From contig NC_086097.1 of NCBI RefSeq assembly GCF_963921235.1, forward strand, positions 235,788,001 to 235,852,000: DNA of 64,000 nt, in the 5' to 3' direction. The DNA comes from Mobula hypostoma. Taxonomy: Eukaryota. Positions within the stretch are counted from its first letter, which is position 1. Each line of letters opens with the position of its first letter. The position numbers and the translations under genes are program-made. This document shows, one piece after another, positions 63,789 to 64,000 of this stretch. The notes beneath the pieces are model-generated. The model did not search any database. It had not been told where the DNA came from and was given only the letters and a program-made list of their open reading frames with translations.

Positions 63789-64000
63789 CATAGAAACATA
63801 GAAAACCTTCTGCACAATCCAGGCCTTTCAGCCCAAAAAGCTGTGCTGAACATGTCCTTACATTAGAACTACCTAGGCTTACCCATAGCCTTCTATTTTT
63901 CTAAGCTCCATGTACCAATCCAGCAGCCTCTTAAAATACCCTATCATTTCCGCCTCCACCACTGCTGCTGGTAGCCCATTTCAGGCACTCACCACTCTCT
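63789..64000 (-). mobile_element. CR1 3' end running off the window
   Basis: catagaaacatagaaa tail; similar to 22378-22600. Confidence 0.85.

Overview
Eukaryotic, intron-like or intergenic vertebrate DNA made up mostly of transposable elements. The repeat mix (CR1, Rex1/Babar, RTE, Penelope, V-SINEs, Tc1, Tigger, hAT) suggests a cartilaginous fish, probably a ray; this is inference. No host protein-coding gene, tRNA, rRNA or CRISPR array can be supported. Nearly all ORFs in the track are fragments or antisense shadows of retroelements. Main elements: a near-full-length CR1 LINE (1684-5872, minus), a near-full-length Rex1/Babar LINE (13773-17172, minus), a decayed Buster-type hAT, a Tc1, an internally deleted Tigger, an RTE, a clean solo LTR and many 5'-truncated LINE ends, often nested. 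The most interesting signals are RNA-structural. (i) Penelope-derived ends carry minimal hammerhead ribozyme motifs; these include a ~100-bp hammerhead-only insertion with a 16-bp target-site duplication (TSD) and several fold-back insertions with 10-14-bp TSDs. (ii) A 406-bp non-coding RTE-derived element has a TSD-defined 5' end that coincides with the first base of a predicted HDV-like ribozyme fold. Family assignments come from motif recognition, not database searches. Boundaries without a stated TSD are approximate.
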